A stretch of DNA of 62,354 nucleotides from Bacteroidales bacterium (GCA_036508535.1 DATCHE010000132.1:1-62354); one strand, 5' to 3'. Positions 9,441 to 19,720 are shown, counted from the first letter of the stretch. Notes: generated by a model from the letters alone, not told the origin. Numbers and translations are program-made.

Positions 9441-12400
9441 ATGGGAGAAGGAACATTGACAATATACAGCGCTTCGGCGGGTTCAGGAAAAACCTATAAA
9501 CTGACAGGTATTTATCTTAAAAGCCTTTTCAGATCGAGATATAGTTACAGGAGAATCCTTGCAGTTACTTTCACCCATAAGGCCACAGCCGAAATGAAAT
9601 CCAGAATTCTGGATAACCTCCATAAGCTTGCATCAGGTGAAAATTCAGAGTATCTGGCTGAACTGGTACAAGAGATAAAAAAACCTGAAGAATGGATAAG
9701 AAATGAGGCAAAAGAAATACTGAATACTATTTTACATGATTTTTCGAGATTCTCTGTATCAACTATTGATACTTTTTTCCAAAAGATATTGAGGGCTTTT
9801 GCCAGGGAGGTTGGTCTGCATCCGGGATTTGCCATAGAGCTGGATCACAGTACAATACTTTCATCTGCTGTAGATGAAATGATTTCTGCTTCTGCGACTG
9901 ATCCCCAACTTTTAAACTGGCTGACAACCTATGCAATGTCGAATATTGAAGATGAGAAGAGCTGGAATCTGAAGGAGGGAATAGTCAAACTTTCAGAAGA
10001 GCTTTTCAAAGAAAAATTCAAGATTCTTTCATCCGGTGAGCGATCAAATCTTCAAAACAAAGAATTTCTCTTTTCCTATATAAAAAAGGTAAAATCAATC
10101 TCAGTTTCATTTGAGAAAAACCTTCTTGATTATGGTAGAAAATGTGATGAGATATATACACTTTATGATTTGTCGGAAGATATGTTTTACCGGAAAAGCA
10201 AGGGAGTGCCGGGATTTATAAGTTATATGTTATCAGGTAAAATAAAAGAACCAAACAACTGGGTAAGGGAGATATCTAACGACCCTCCACACTGGTCCAC
10301 CGGCAACCCGGTACCGCAGTTGCAGGCAGCAATTAACGGCGGTTTTGGAGAGACTGTTAAAGAAGCAATACGTTATTTTGATGAGAATATTATCGATTAC
10401 AATAGTGCCAGTTCTATCCTTTCAAACATTTACGCTCTGGGCATACTTTCTGATGTTCTGCATAATGTTCATGTTATAACCAACTCCGAAAACAGCTTTC
10501 TCCTTTCCGATGCAGGTGAAGTGATAAACCTGATAACCAAGGGAGATCAGACTCCTTTTATTTACGAGAAAGTAGGTACAAAGTTTGAAAATTTCATGAT
10601 TGATGAGTTCCAGGATACTTCAACCATTCAATGGAATAATTTCAGTCCCCTGATTGAAAACAGTATGGCACAAGGCTTCGACAATCTGGTTGTTGGCGAT
10701 GTAAAACAATCGATTTACAGATGGAGGAACAGCGACTGGCAAATATTAGGATCCGAACTAATGCAATTAGTAGATAATGAAAGAGTTATAAGTAAGCCAT
10801 TATCAACTAACTGGAGAAGCCGTTCTAATGTTATAAAATTCAATAATACACTCCTTTCGATAATTCCTTATCAGATTGATGAGACACTTAGCGACGATAC
10901 ACTTCCTGTTAATTTCAAAAAATTGTATTCTGAAGCTGTTCAGATTGATCCGGGCAAAAAGGCCGGAGGCTATGTAAGGTTGGAATTTATCGAAAACGAG
11001 GATGAGCAAAAATGGCAGGAGACAGTAATTGAGCGTCTTCCCCGTGTTATCGAATCATTTCAGGATAAAGGTTACAAGGCTTCAGATATTGGTATTATAG
11101 TAAGGGATGGGAAAGAAGGTGCTCTTATGTTAAAAACATTTATTGACTATAGTAATAGCTGTCCACCAGATAAAAAACTTCTTTATAATTATAATGTAGT
11201 CTCAAACGATTCGTTGCTGCTTTCAAATTCGCCCGTAATAAACTTTATAACAGCTGTAATCACCGTTGTTAATGATCCTCCTGATATGATAGGAAGAGCT
11301 CTTATGTTAAGGTTGTTTCTGCTTGCAAAAGGAGATGTTGAAGCCGATAAAGCGCCTCTTATAAAAACTAAGCTTATTGAAGTATCGCGTAATTACTTTC
11401 CTGATGGATATGAAGCTTTTCTTGATAAGGTCCGGCAAATGCCTTTATTTGAAGCAACTGAAAGTATCATTAAATTTTTTGGTCTGGGAGAATATTACTG
11501 GAACGTGCCTTACCTGAATACTTTTCAGGATTATATTGTAAGTTTTACTGAGAAGAACAATTCTGACTTCCAATCATTTCTCAATTGGTGGAAAGAAACC
11601 GGTGTGAAAAAATCAGTAGTCTTACCCGGAAATCAGGAGGCGATGAGGATTCTGACAATTCATAAGTCTAAAGGACTTGAATTTAAGGTTGTTATATTGC
11701 CATTTCTTTCCTGGAATCTCGATCACATTCCTTCTAAACAGCCAATTCTGTGGGTTAAACCAACAGAAGCTCCATTTAAGGAGCTGGGAATCGTTCCAGT
11801 AAAATATGGTAAAGACTTAATAAATACCATCTTTTCAGATTATTATAAAGAAGAAAAATCTTCAGTTTACCTCGATAATTTAAACCTTTTATACGTTGCA
11901 CTCACAAGAGCTAAAGATGCTATTTATGCTTTTTCAATTGATAATCCTAAATCCAATAGCACAGTTGCAGGCTTACTTAAGAATGCAATCACTCTCAAAA
12001 CCGGCATTCCGGAAGCATCTGACTTTATACTGAATAGCTTTTATAATATTGATAAAAGGGTATTTGAATTCGGTGAGATTCCTGTTAACAAAAGGGAACA
12101 AACTGATAATATGAATTTTATCACTTCAAATTATCCTGTTAGTCGTGAGATGGAGTCGTTGAAGCTGAAACTTCATGGTGAAAACTATTTTTCATCAGAA
12201 ACTTTATCCGTTCGAAAAGAAATAAACTATGGGAAACTGATGCACGAGGTTTTTGAGGGTATAAATACTGCTTCTGATATCTCACTCGCTGTCAGAAAGT
12301 TGGTTATTGAGGGTAAATTACCTGAAGAGGAATCAGCAGAAATAGAAAGAAGAGTTAATTCGCTTATCAGTTTACCTCAGGTAAATGAATGGTTTTTACC

Positions 12401-12638
12401 GGGCAATCAGGTTATGAATGAAGCAGGAATTTTATTGCCCTCCGGAATTACCCGCCGACCTGACAGAGTAATCTTTAAAGATGGAAAAACCATTATTATA
12501 GATTTCAAGTTCGGAGAAGAAAGTGATCATCACGCTGAACAGGTTGAGCAATATCGTCATTTATTAATCGATATGGGTTTCAGCAGTATAGAAGCCTTTA
12601 TTTGGTACGTTGATAAGAACAAAATTATTTCAGCATAA
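9441..12638 (+). CDS. AddA-like UvrD-family helicase with C-terminal PD-(D/E)XK nuclease
   Basis: Walker A SAGSGKTY, DEFQDT Walker B, and a C-terminal RPDRV...IIDFKFG nuclease-like motif. Confidence 0.8.
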   Translation: MGEGTLTIYSASAGSGKTYKLTGIYLKSLFRSRYSYRRILAVTFTHKATAEMKSRILDNLHKLASGENSEYLAELVQEIKKPEEWIRNEAKEILNTILHDFSRFSVSTIDTFFQKILRAFAREVGLHPGFAIELDHSTILSSAVDEMISASATDPQLLNWLTTYAMSNIEDEKSWNLKEGIVKLSEELFKEKFKILSSGERSNLQNKEFLFSYIKKVKSISVSFEKNLLDYGRKCDEIYTLYDLSEDMFYRKSKGVPGFISYMLSGKIKEPNNWVREISNDPPHWSTGNPVPQLQAAINGGFGETVKEAIRYFDENIIDYNSASSILSNIYALGILSDVLHNVHVITNSENSFLLSDAGEVINLITKGDQTPFIYEKVGTKFENFMIDEFQDTSTIQWNNFSPLIENSMAQGFDNLVVGDVKQSIYRWRNSDWQILGSELMQLVDNERVISKPLSTNWRSRSNVIKFNNTLLSIIPYQIDETLSDDTLPVNFKKLYSEAVQIDPGKKAGGYVRLEFIENEDEQKWQETVIERLPRVIESFQDKGYKASDIGIIVRDGKEGALMLKTFIDYSNSCPPDKKLLYNYNVVSNDSLLLSNSPVINFITAVITVVNDPPDMIGRALMLRLFLLAKGDVEADKAPLIKTKLIEVSRNYFPDGYEAFLDKVRQMPLFEATESIIKFFGLGEYYWNVPYLNTFQDYIVSFTEKNNSDFQSFLNWWKETGVKKSVVLPGNQEAMRILTIHKSKGLEFKVVILPFLSWNLDHIPSKQPILWVKPTEAPFKELGIVPVKYGKDLINTIFSDYYKEEKSSVYLDNLNLLYVALTRAKDAIYAFSIDNPKSNSTVAGLLKNAITLKTGIPEASDFILNSFYNIDKRVFEFGEIPVNKREQTDNMNFITSNYPVSREMESLKLKLHGENYFSSETLSVRKEINYGKLMHEVFEGINTASDISLAVRKLVIEGKLPEEESAEIERRVNSLISLPQVNEWFLPGNQVMNEAGILLPSGITRRPDRVIFKDGKTIIIDFKFGEESDHHAEQVEQYRHLLIDMGFSSIEAFIWYVDKNKIISA

Positions 12639-13610
12639 ATGTCAGAAGCCGGAAAAGAAATATTATCATATCCCTGGGGCCACGAACGAAGATTCAACGC
12701 CTATTCTAATTATTTCAGGGGACTGTATGGTGCCAGAGTGCAAAAGGTTTCAATTGATGCAGGATTTACCTGCCCGAACCGCGATGGAACAAAAGGAACC
12801 GGTGGTTGTACTTACTGCAATAACGACGCATTTAATCCTTCCTATTGCGTACCAAAAAAAACAGTTACTCAGCAAATAGAGGAAGGCATCGAATTTCATA
12901 AATGGAGATATAAGGAGGCAGTGTCATACTTAGCTTATTTTCAGGCGTATTCCAACTCCTATGCTCCGTTAGAAACATTAAAAAAGCTATTTGAGGAGGC
13001 ATTGAGTTTTCCAGGGGTTATTGGTTTGATTATAGGCACACGGCCTGATTGTATTGATGAAGCAAAACTGGCATACTTTCAGGAATTATCAGGGAAATAT
13101 TATCTGGCTGTTGAATACGGAATTGAATCTTGTTACAACAAAACACTAATGCGAATTAACCGCGGACATTCATTTGAAGACGCTGTACTGGCTGTTGAAC
13201 AAACTGCAGCTCTCGGTATTAATACGGGTGCCCATTTTATCTTCGGATTACCCGGAGAAACCAGAGCGGAAATGCATAATCAGGTTGATATAATTTCGAG
13301 GTTGCCTCTTAAAACAGTAAAATTTCATCAGTTGCAAATAATAAAGGGAACAATAATGGAAAAAGAATTCCAGGAAAAACCTGAAGATTTTGAACTCTTT
13401 TCATGGGAGGAGTACCTCGACTTCTTTGTATGTTTTCTTGAAAGACTTAATCCGGCTATTGTCGTTGAACGATTTACAGGTGAAGCTCCTCCACGCTTTC
13501 TAACAGGGGAGGGCTGGGGTAAGAAACGTACCGACCAGATAGTCAGTCTGATTGAAAAAAGGCTTGAAGACCTCGATACATGGCAAGGGAAAATGTATGT
13601 TAACCAGTAG
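12639..13610 (+). CDS. TIGR01212-family radical SAM protein
   Basis: DAGFTCPNRDGTKGTGGCTYCNN cluster motif. The ATG immediately follows the addA-like stop (TAAATG). Confidence 0.8.
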   Translation: MSEAGKEILSYPWGHERRFNAYSNYFRGLYGARVQKVSIDAGFTCPNRDGTKGTGGCTYCNNDAFNPSYCVPKKTVTQQIEEGIEFHKWRYKEAVSYLAYFQAYSNSYAPLETLKKLFEEALSFPGVIGLIIGTRPDCIDEAKLAYFQELSGKYYLAVEYGIESCYNKTLMRINRGHSFEDAVLAVEQTAALGINTGAHFIFGLPGETRAEMHNQVDIISRLPLKTVKFHQLQIIKGTIMEKEFQEKPEDFELFSWEEYLDFFVCFLERLNPAIVVERFTGEAPPRFLTGEGWGKKRTDQIVSLIEKRLEDLDTWQGKMYVNQ

Positions 13611-13630
13611 AGACGCAAAATTTTGCGTCT
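13609..13630. repeat. 22-bp perfect palindrome GAGACGCAAAATTTTGCGTCTC
   Basis: It starts inside the TAG stop (13608-13610) of the radical SAM gene, is preceded by the heptamer ACCAGTA, and has no T-tract after it. Confidence 0.9.
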
Positions 13631-13647
13631 CAAAAACAGTAACCAGT

Positions 13648-13669
13648 AGAGACGCGATGTTTCGCGTCT
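13648..13669. repeat. Palindrome variant GAGACGCGATGTTTCGCGTCTC (9-bp stem, 4-nt loop)
   Basis: Second copy of a ~39-bp tandem unit (TAACCAGTA + palindrome + A-rich tail). The arms are conserved and the centre differs. Confidence 0.9.
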
Positions 13670-13695
13670 CAGAAAAAGCAACCAGAACCTATTTT

Positions 13696-16593
13696 ATGGA
13701 GTATTTCCTCGAAAGCATAGCAAAATCTCTTTATTCAGAATATGGAAATCAGTTAAACCGACACTGTCTGGTGTTTCCAAACCGTCGTGCCGGGCTTTAT
13801 TTTCTTAAATATCTGTCAACCAGGATTGAAAAGCCAATTTGGGTGCCTTCTATTCTGACTATTAATGAACTGTTCAAAGCATATTCTCCTTTGCAGACTG
13901 CCGGCAATGAAGTACTTCTTTTTGAATTATATAAGGTTTACAGGAAACTGAAAAAATCATCAGAAAGTTTTGATGATTTTTATTTCTGGGGAGACATCTT
14001 GTTAAATGATTTTGATGATATCGACAAGTATCTGGTAGACGCGTCATTGTTATTCAGTAACATTCAGGATATCAAAAATATAGATCAGCAGTTTGGAGAC
14101 CTTTCTGAGTCGCAGGTTGAGATAATACGTCGGTTCTGGATCAATTTTAATCCGGATAAGCCTACAAACGAAAAATCCGGATTTATTAGTATTTGGTCCA
14201 TTCTTTTCGATCTGTACACTGGTTTGAAGAGCTCTCTCAGAGGACAGGGACTGGCATATGAAGGGATGATTTTCAGAGAACTGACTGAAAGCATTCAAAT
14301 GAAGAATAATTCCTCAATTGAGTGGGATATGGTTCATTTTATCGGATTTAATGCACTGAATGAATGTGAAAAGGTGATAATGAACAGATTCAAAAAAGAA
14401 GGTAAGGCACGTTTTTATTGGGACTACGATGAATCATACCTTTCAGAAACTAAATTGAATTCCGCCGGATTCTTTTTGAAGGATAATCTGAAAATATTTG
14501 GCAATGATATGCCGGCAGACTGGAGTTACAATTCAATGATATCAGCTATTTCCCCAACTACGAGGCGTCGTGTTATTGATACTTCTTCTGATGTAGCTCA
14601 GGTCAAGTTAATTTCACAATTAATCGAAAACCTGCCTGACCTTACAGAAGGTAATGCTCACCATACAGCAATTGTTTTGGCTGACGAAAGCCTGTTAGTA
14701 CCATTATTGACCAGTCTGCCTGAGAATGTGGGAGATATCAATATAACCATGGGATATCCACTTAAACAGACCCTTGTTTATACCCTGGTAAAACATCTTA
14801 TGGATCTTCAGAGAACAGCTACAATTTCAGGTGGTGAGTTAAGCTTCAGCCACAAAGATGTTATAAGTGTCCTGAAACATTCATTAATGTCAGGATTAAT
14901 GAGCGTATCAGATAATGAGATAATAGAAGAAATAACAAAATCAAATCTTGTATGGGTGCCATCTCATTTGTTTGCTCAGTCAGAACATCTTTTGAAGGTC
15001 TTTAAAAAGCCCCTGACCCCAGTATTACTACAGGGATATTTCAAAGAAATGCTTTCTCTGATTGCTTCAAATGACGAAATTAATCCGGATGTGTCTTATA
15101 ATAACCCTGTTCAGCGAAGTATTCGTAACGAATTTATTTACAGAATAATTCTTTCAATAAACAGGCTCGAGACAATAGTAAATAGTCCTGATGTTAGCTT
15201 TAGTACAGACACGTATATTCGGATACTTGACAGGATGTTAAGAAAGCAATCTGTACCCTTCTCGGGCGAACCATTATCCGGAATTCAGATAATGGGTATT
15301 CTGGAAACTCGGGCTCTTGATTTTAAGAATCTGATTATTCTGTCAGTTAATGAGGGTGTTATACCGGCTGCTTCTTCCGGGTCGTCATTCATTCCATATA
15401 GTTTGCGGGAGGCTTTTGGGCTGCCTTCAATAAATCATCAGGAATCAATCTATGCTTATCATTTTTACCGGCTTCTTCAAAGAGCTGAAGATGTGACTTT
15501 CATTTATAACTCTAACTCTGAGGGTTTAAGAAGTGGCGAAATGAGCAGGTTCCTTACCCAGATGAAATATGAAGGATCAATGAAACCCGATTTCATGAAT
15601 CTTAACTTTGAGATAAGAACGCATACTTCAATTGGAGAGGGAATTGAAAGGACAGAAGAACATATTTCACAACTGAACTCTCAGTATCTCAATAAGATCA
15701 ATAACAGTGTTTTATCACCTTCTGCTATAAATACGTGGCTGAATTGCAGAATGAAGTTCTATTATCGTTACATAAACCGCCTGAAGGAACGCGACCAGGT
15801 CGCCAAAGATATTGACCCTGCAATGCTTGGGAATATTTTGCACGAAATGATGAGAAGTCTTTATCAGGATTACACCGGAAAGGTTCTGACCGGAGTAATG
15901 TTAGATTCGTTTATTCGGAATAAGCAGCTCCTTGAAAGGGTCACAAATAATGCCATAAATGAAAAACTTAATAATGGAAAAGATGGTATAATAAGTGGAA
16001 ATGAATTGATAGTCAGGGAGGTATTAATGGCATACCTGAACAGAATACTAGTTACTGATAAAAAGCTGGCGCCATTTACAATTCTCGAGCTTGAGAACTC
16101 TTTCAGCTTTTCAATGTCTGTACTCTCAGGTGGATCACAAATTGAGGTTTTAACCGGAGGAAAAATTGATCGGGTAGATCTCGTAAATGGAGTAATCAGA
16201 ATTGTTGATTACAAGACAGGTACAGTATCTGAGAGTATAAATTCCATTTCAGAATTGTTTATCGACGACAGGAAAAAAGACTCAGATGGATGGCTTCAGA
16301 CATTACTTTACTGTGAAGCGTACATGGCAAAAAATAAGGGAATCGTTTTAAGACCGTCCGTCTATAAGATTAAGAAATTGGGGGGAGATTCGCTTGCAGA
16401 TAAACTTAGAATGAAAACTGAAAACAAAGGTGAAATTGTAGTTGATGACTATACCCTGGTTAGAGAAGAATTCCTTCGAGGGCTTAAGTACGTCATTTCA
16501 GAAATTTTCAGCAGTGAAGCACCATTTTCAATGACTACCGATATAAGAGGGAAATGCTCATATTGTCCTTACAAAGCATTATGTCTTAGATAA
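13696..16593 (+). CDS. AddB-like PD-(D/E)XK nuclease family protein
   Basis: C-terminal IVDYKTG nuclease motif and the terminal CSYCPYKALC cysteine cluster. The ATG at 13696 is preferred because the upstream 48 codons of the track ORF are encoded by hairpin repeats. Confidence 0.7.
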   Translation: MEYFLESIAKSLYSEYGNQLNRHCLVFPNRRAGLYFLKYLSTRIEKPIWVPSILTINELFKAYSPLQTAGNEVLLFELYKVYRKLKKSSESFDDFYFWGDILLNDFDDIDKYLVDASLLFSNIQDIKNIDQQFGDLSESQVEIIRRFWINFNPDKPTNEKSGFISIWSILFDLYTGLKSSLRGQGLAYEGMIFRELTESIQMKNNSSIEWDMVHFIGFNALNECEKVIMNRFKKEGKARFYWDYDESYLSETKLNSAGFFLKDNLKIFGNDMPADWSYNSMISAISPTTRRRVIDTSSDVAQVKLISQLIENLPDLTEGNAHHTAIVLADESLLVPLLTSLPENVGDINITMGYPLKQTLVYTLVKHLMDLQRTATISGGELSFSHKDVISVLKHSLMSGLMSVSDNEIIEEITKSNLVWVPSHLFAQSEHLLKVFKKPLTPVLLQGYFKEMLSLIASNDEINPDVSYNNPVQRSIRNEFIYRIILSINRLETIVNSPDVSFSTDTYIRILDRMLRKQSVPFSGEPLSGIQIMGILETRALDFKNLIILSVNEGVIPAASSGSSFIPYSLREAFGLPSINHQESIYAYHFYRLLQRAEDVTFIYNSNSEGLRSGEMSRFLTQMKYEGSMKPDFMNLNFEIRTHTSIGEGIERTEEHISQLNSQYLNKINNSVLSPSAINTWLNCRMKFYYRYINRLKERDQVAKDIDPAMLGNILHEMMRSLYQDYTGKVLTGVMLDSFIRNKQLLERVTNNAINEKLNNGKDGIISGNELIVREVLMAYLNRILVTDKKLAPFTILELENSFSFSMSVLSGGSQIEVLTGGKIDRVDLVNGVIRIVDYKTGTVSESINSISELFIDDRKKDSDGWLQTLLYCEAYMAKNKGIVLRPSVYKIKKLGGDSLADKLRMKTENKGEIVVDDYTLVREEFLRGLKYVISEIFSSEAPFSMTTDIRGKCSYCPYKALCLR

Positions 16594-16664
16594 CCTGAAT
16601 AGATTAATAGTATAATAATCGTTTATTTTTTATAATTTAGCTCAACTTTTAATTTCTGGTATCG

Positions 16665-18413
16665 ATGGTTACAGGTTACACAACCTATAAGATTGAGGTC
16701 AAAAATGTTAAATTTATTTCTGATGATGGAAGAACCTGCCCACGAACTGCCATTGTTACGTTTCACGATGAGGAAGGAGAAGAGATTGGTTCTGAGTTAT
16801 TTGGAGCCGTTGAGCTCAGCTTCATATATAACCTTATTAATGAAGGGAAAGATGTAAATCTTGATAATTGTTATGTTTCTGAATTTTCCATTTCTTCCTA
16901 CAGAAGATATAATAGTATTGAAAAGAAAGTGCTGGTTCCCATCAAAGGTTTTTCTGCCAAAAATGCATTCTTTGAAGCAAAAATTTCTACAGATTTTTCA
17001 TTTTCTTCATTTTCAGATGGAGAAGTCAGCTTCGAAGGCAGCCACTTTGCTAAAGGAAAAGTACTATTCGCAGGTTCCGTGTTTGGTAAAGGAAACGTAA
17101 TTTTCTCAAATACACTTTTCAGAGATGGTAATATTGAGTTTGCCGGAACATCTTTTGGTGATGGTGATTTTATGTTTAAGAATGCAATCGTCAGGAACGG
17201 TATTAAGGATTTTCAGGATATAAAATTCGGGAAGGGAGAGGTAAGCTTCGCAAATACAGAATTTAATCACGGAGAACTACTGTTTATAAACACCCATTTT
17301 AACGATGGCCGTTTTAATTTTAAGGTTACCAGAATTGGAGGAGGGAAGGTAGATTTTCACTATTCGGTTTTTGGAGATACTGAAATAATGTTTGAAAGAA
17401 CTGAATTTGGGAATAGCCGCGTTGATTTCAGAACAGTAGATTTTGGTACAGGTAGAATAAACTTTAATCGTTCAGTATTTGGAAATGGAGAGGTTAATTT
17501 TGAAGGTGCTTCCTGCAAAGCAGGTAAGATTCAATTCAAAAAAGCAGAGATGGGTTCGGGGCGTAAAAACTTTAACCTTATGGAGATGGAGGAAACTGAT
17601 GTCAGTTTTGAAAGGACTGAATTTGGTGAAGGAGACGTCAGTTTCTATGAATCAAAGTTTCATATTATCTCGCTTAAATCTTGTCATCTCGATCATTACT
17701 TTGATCTTCGTCTCGCGAAAGCAGATTTACTTGATGTTTCAGATACAATCGTAAGGGACATTGTGGACCTGGAACCATACGATTTTCCTGTTATGATAAA
17801 AACCCTTGACATGTCAGGGATGAGGCTTATCGGCAAGCTTTATATCGACTGGCGGCACAACGAGTGCAACGATTCTATTGCACAACAGGAAGGAACTACT
17901 TTAAGACAAAAAGCCGAACAGTTCAGAATTCTGAAGGAAAACTTCAGTGGAACAGGAAAATATGAGGACGAAGATGAAGCTTACATCATGTTTAAACGCT
18001 ATGAGGCAAAATCGTGGCTTACTGAACAGAAAGAAAAGGGGGGAATCACTAAGATATTGAGTTATGTCCCTAACAGTTTTCAGTGGCTTGTATTTGATAA
18101 AATTGGTCTTTATGCGACTTCCCCGGGTCGTGTCCTTTTTAGTGTTGTTGTATTCTGGTTTTTCTTTGGATTACTTTATTTCCTGGCAGAACTTGCCGGA
18201 TTGGGAAAAACAATGTCATCTGTAGGAAATCCTGACCAGTTATCGATTTTACTTCAATCCTTCTACCATAGTGCAGTTACTTTCTTCACAATTGGTTATG
18301 GTGATGTATTTCCGCAGGGACTTAGCAGAGTAATTTCTGGTCTTGAAGGATTTATGGGAGTATTTATGATGTCCTACTTCACGGTTGCTTTCGTGAGGAA
18401 AGTTCTCAGATAG
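16665..18413 (+). CDS. Two-TM potassium channel with a large N-terminal solenoid-repeat domain
   Basis: TIGYGD selectivity filter (18288-18305) flanked by two hydrophobic helices. Residues ~122-333 are 17-18 tandem 12-residue units x-F-x4-F-G-x-G-x-V. Confidence 0.75.
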   Translation: MVTGYTTYKIEVKNVKFISDDGRTCPRTAIVTFHDEEGEEIGSELFGAVELSFIYNLINEGKDVNLDNCYVSEFSISSYRRYNSIEKKVLVPIKGFSAKNAFFEAKISTDFSFSSFSDGEVSFEGSHFAKGKVLFAGSVFGKGNVIFSNTLFRDGNIEFAGTSFGDGDFMFKNAIVRNGIKDFQDIKFGKGEVSFANTEFNHGELLFINTHFNDGRFNFKVTRIGGGKVDFHYSVFGDTEIMFERTEFGNSRVDFRTVDFGTGRINFNRSVFGNGEVNFEGASCKAGKIQFKKAEMGSGRKNFNLMEMEETDVSFERTEFGEGDVSFYESKFHIISLKSCHLDHYFDLRLAKADLLDVSDTIVRDIVDLEPYDFPVMIKTLDMSGMRLIGKLYIDWRHNECNDSIAQQEGTTLRQKAEQFRILKENFSGTGKYEDEDEAYIMFKRYEAKSWLTEQKEKGGITKILSYVPNSFQWLVFDKIGLYATSPGRVLFSVVVFWFFFGLLYFLAELAGLGKTMSSVGNPDQLSILLQSFYHSAVTFFTIGYGDVFPQGLSRVISGLEGFMGVFMMSYFTVAFVRKVLR

Positions 18414-18415
18414 AA

Positions 18416-18904
18416 TTATTTTTCTATTTCGCGTTGAAGAGCAGCCATCTTTATTGCAGTTACAGCTGCTTCGTCACCTTTGTTTCCATGTTTACCACCA
18501 GCTCTGTCAATAGCCTGTTGACTCGTATTTGTGGTCAGAATACCAAATATGAAGGGTATGTTATATTCCATATTTAACTGAGTAATGCCCTGAGTTACAC
18601 CCTGACAGATAAATGTAAAATGAGGTGTTTCTCCCTGAATAACACATCCAAGACAAATAACTGCGTCAAGATCATCGTATTCTGCCAGGAATTGTGCTCC
18701 CAGTGTAAGTTCAAAACTTCCCGGTACATGCTTTACAACAATATTTTTACTTTTTGCTCCATGTTTTTTGAGGATATTGACAGCCCCCTCGAGCAACGAC
18801 CATGTAACGTTCTGGTTCCAATCTGAAACCACAATTCCAAAGCGCATTTCACTTGCGTCCGGGACTTTTTCAGGATCGTAAGCTGATAGATCATTGGTAC
18901 TCAT
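18416..18904 (-). CDS. ribH: 6,7-dimethyl-8-ribityllumazine synthase
   Basis: Typical RibH length and motifs ([18 protein letters not shown]). Confidence 0.9.
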   Translation of the reverse strand: MSTNDLSAYDPEKVPDASEMRFGIVVSDWNQNVTWSLLEGAVNILKKHGAKSKNIVVKHVPGSFELTLGAQFLAEYDDLDAVICLGCVIQGETPHFTFICQGVTQGITQLNMEYNIPFIFGILTTNTSQQAIDRAGGKHGNKGDEAAVTAIKMAALQREIEK

Positions 18905-18993
18905 AATAATAATAATTTTAAAAAGAAACGCATCTGCCTCAAAAAGAAATGAGCCCGATGCGTGATTCTATAAATGTAAAGAATTTGCCTGAC

Positions 18994-19683
18994 TTACTTC
19001 TTAATCAGAATATTAACTCGTGCAATATACTTTTCTATTGTGGTTCCTTCTGTACTCTCGGGATATGATGTTTCTATACGTTCATAGATCTTTAGCGCTT
19101 CTGCATAATTGCCTTTTAGTTCATGAGTCTCACCGGCCTTCATCAGAAATAATGGTGTGTTAAATGAATTATTTGCAAAATCAGCAGCTTCGACATACTT
19201 TGAAATGCCTTTATCAAGATCACCTAATTCGATATAAGCATCGCCTGTAGCACCAATGGCTAATGATCCGAGGACTTTATCTTTCTTTGAGTATTTATTA
19301 AGGAAATCAATTGCTTCCTGATAATTACCCAGATGCAGATAGCAAATGCCAGCGCTGTATCTGGCAAGATTACCGGTGTTTGTAAATTTATAATCTTTGG
19401 CTATATCGAGAAATCCAAGGTAGTTTCCATCACCGTTTAATGCAAGTTTTAAAGAATCCATTTCAAGATATTTCTCTGCCTGGAATATCTGAGACTGGGC
19501 CTCATCGTTTCTCTTATTTAAATATAGCTTACCAAGCCAGAAAAGTCCAACTAAAACAACAATAACTCCTAATGCCATCAATAAAGGTTTATAATTCTCT
19601 TCAAGAAAATGCTCCGTTCTGGTCAGGGTCTCTTCAACACTGGAAATGGTCGTTGGATTTTCATCCTTTTTATTCTTTGCCAT
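18994..19683 (-). CDS. Membrane-anchored tetratricopeptide-repeat protein (YfgM-like)
   Basis: A single N-terminal TM segment (LLMALGVIVVLVGLFWL) followed by TPR-like helices. Confidence 0.6.
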   Translation of the reverse strand: MAKNKKDENPTTISSVEETLTRTEHFLEENYKPLLMALGVIVVLVGLFWLGKLYLNKRNDEAQSQIFQAEKYLEMDSLKLALNGDGNYLGFLDIAKDYKFTNTGNLARYSAGICYLHLGNYQEAIDFLNKYSKKDKVLGSLAIGATGDAYIELGDLDKGISKYVEAADFANNSFNTPLFLMKAGETHELKGNYAEALKIYERIETSYPESTEGTTIEKYIARVNILIKK

Positions 19684-19720
19684 ACTGGTCTTTACTGATT
19701 AAATTAAAAATTTACCACCG

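Noticed and set aside
13552-13695. N-terminal extension of the AddB-like ORF (MKKGLKTS...RDAKFCVS...RDAMFRVS)
   Set aside because: The extension overlaps the upstream gene and is the translation of the two GAGACGC palindromes. The ATG at 13696 follows the repeats.
16665-18413. My initial call of classical pentapeptide repeats in the K+ channel protein
   Set aside because: Counting residues shows a strict 12-residue period, not 5 or 10. I therefore describe it as pentapeptide-like solenoid repeats pending an HMM check.
18905-18993. Possible FMN riboswitch upstream of ribH
   Set aside because: The gap is only 89 bp and I see no FMN-element conserved cores. The single weak hairpin (ACGCATC...GATGCGT) looks more like a terminator for the upstream TPR gene.
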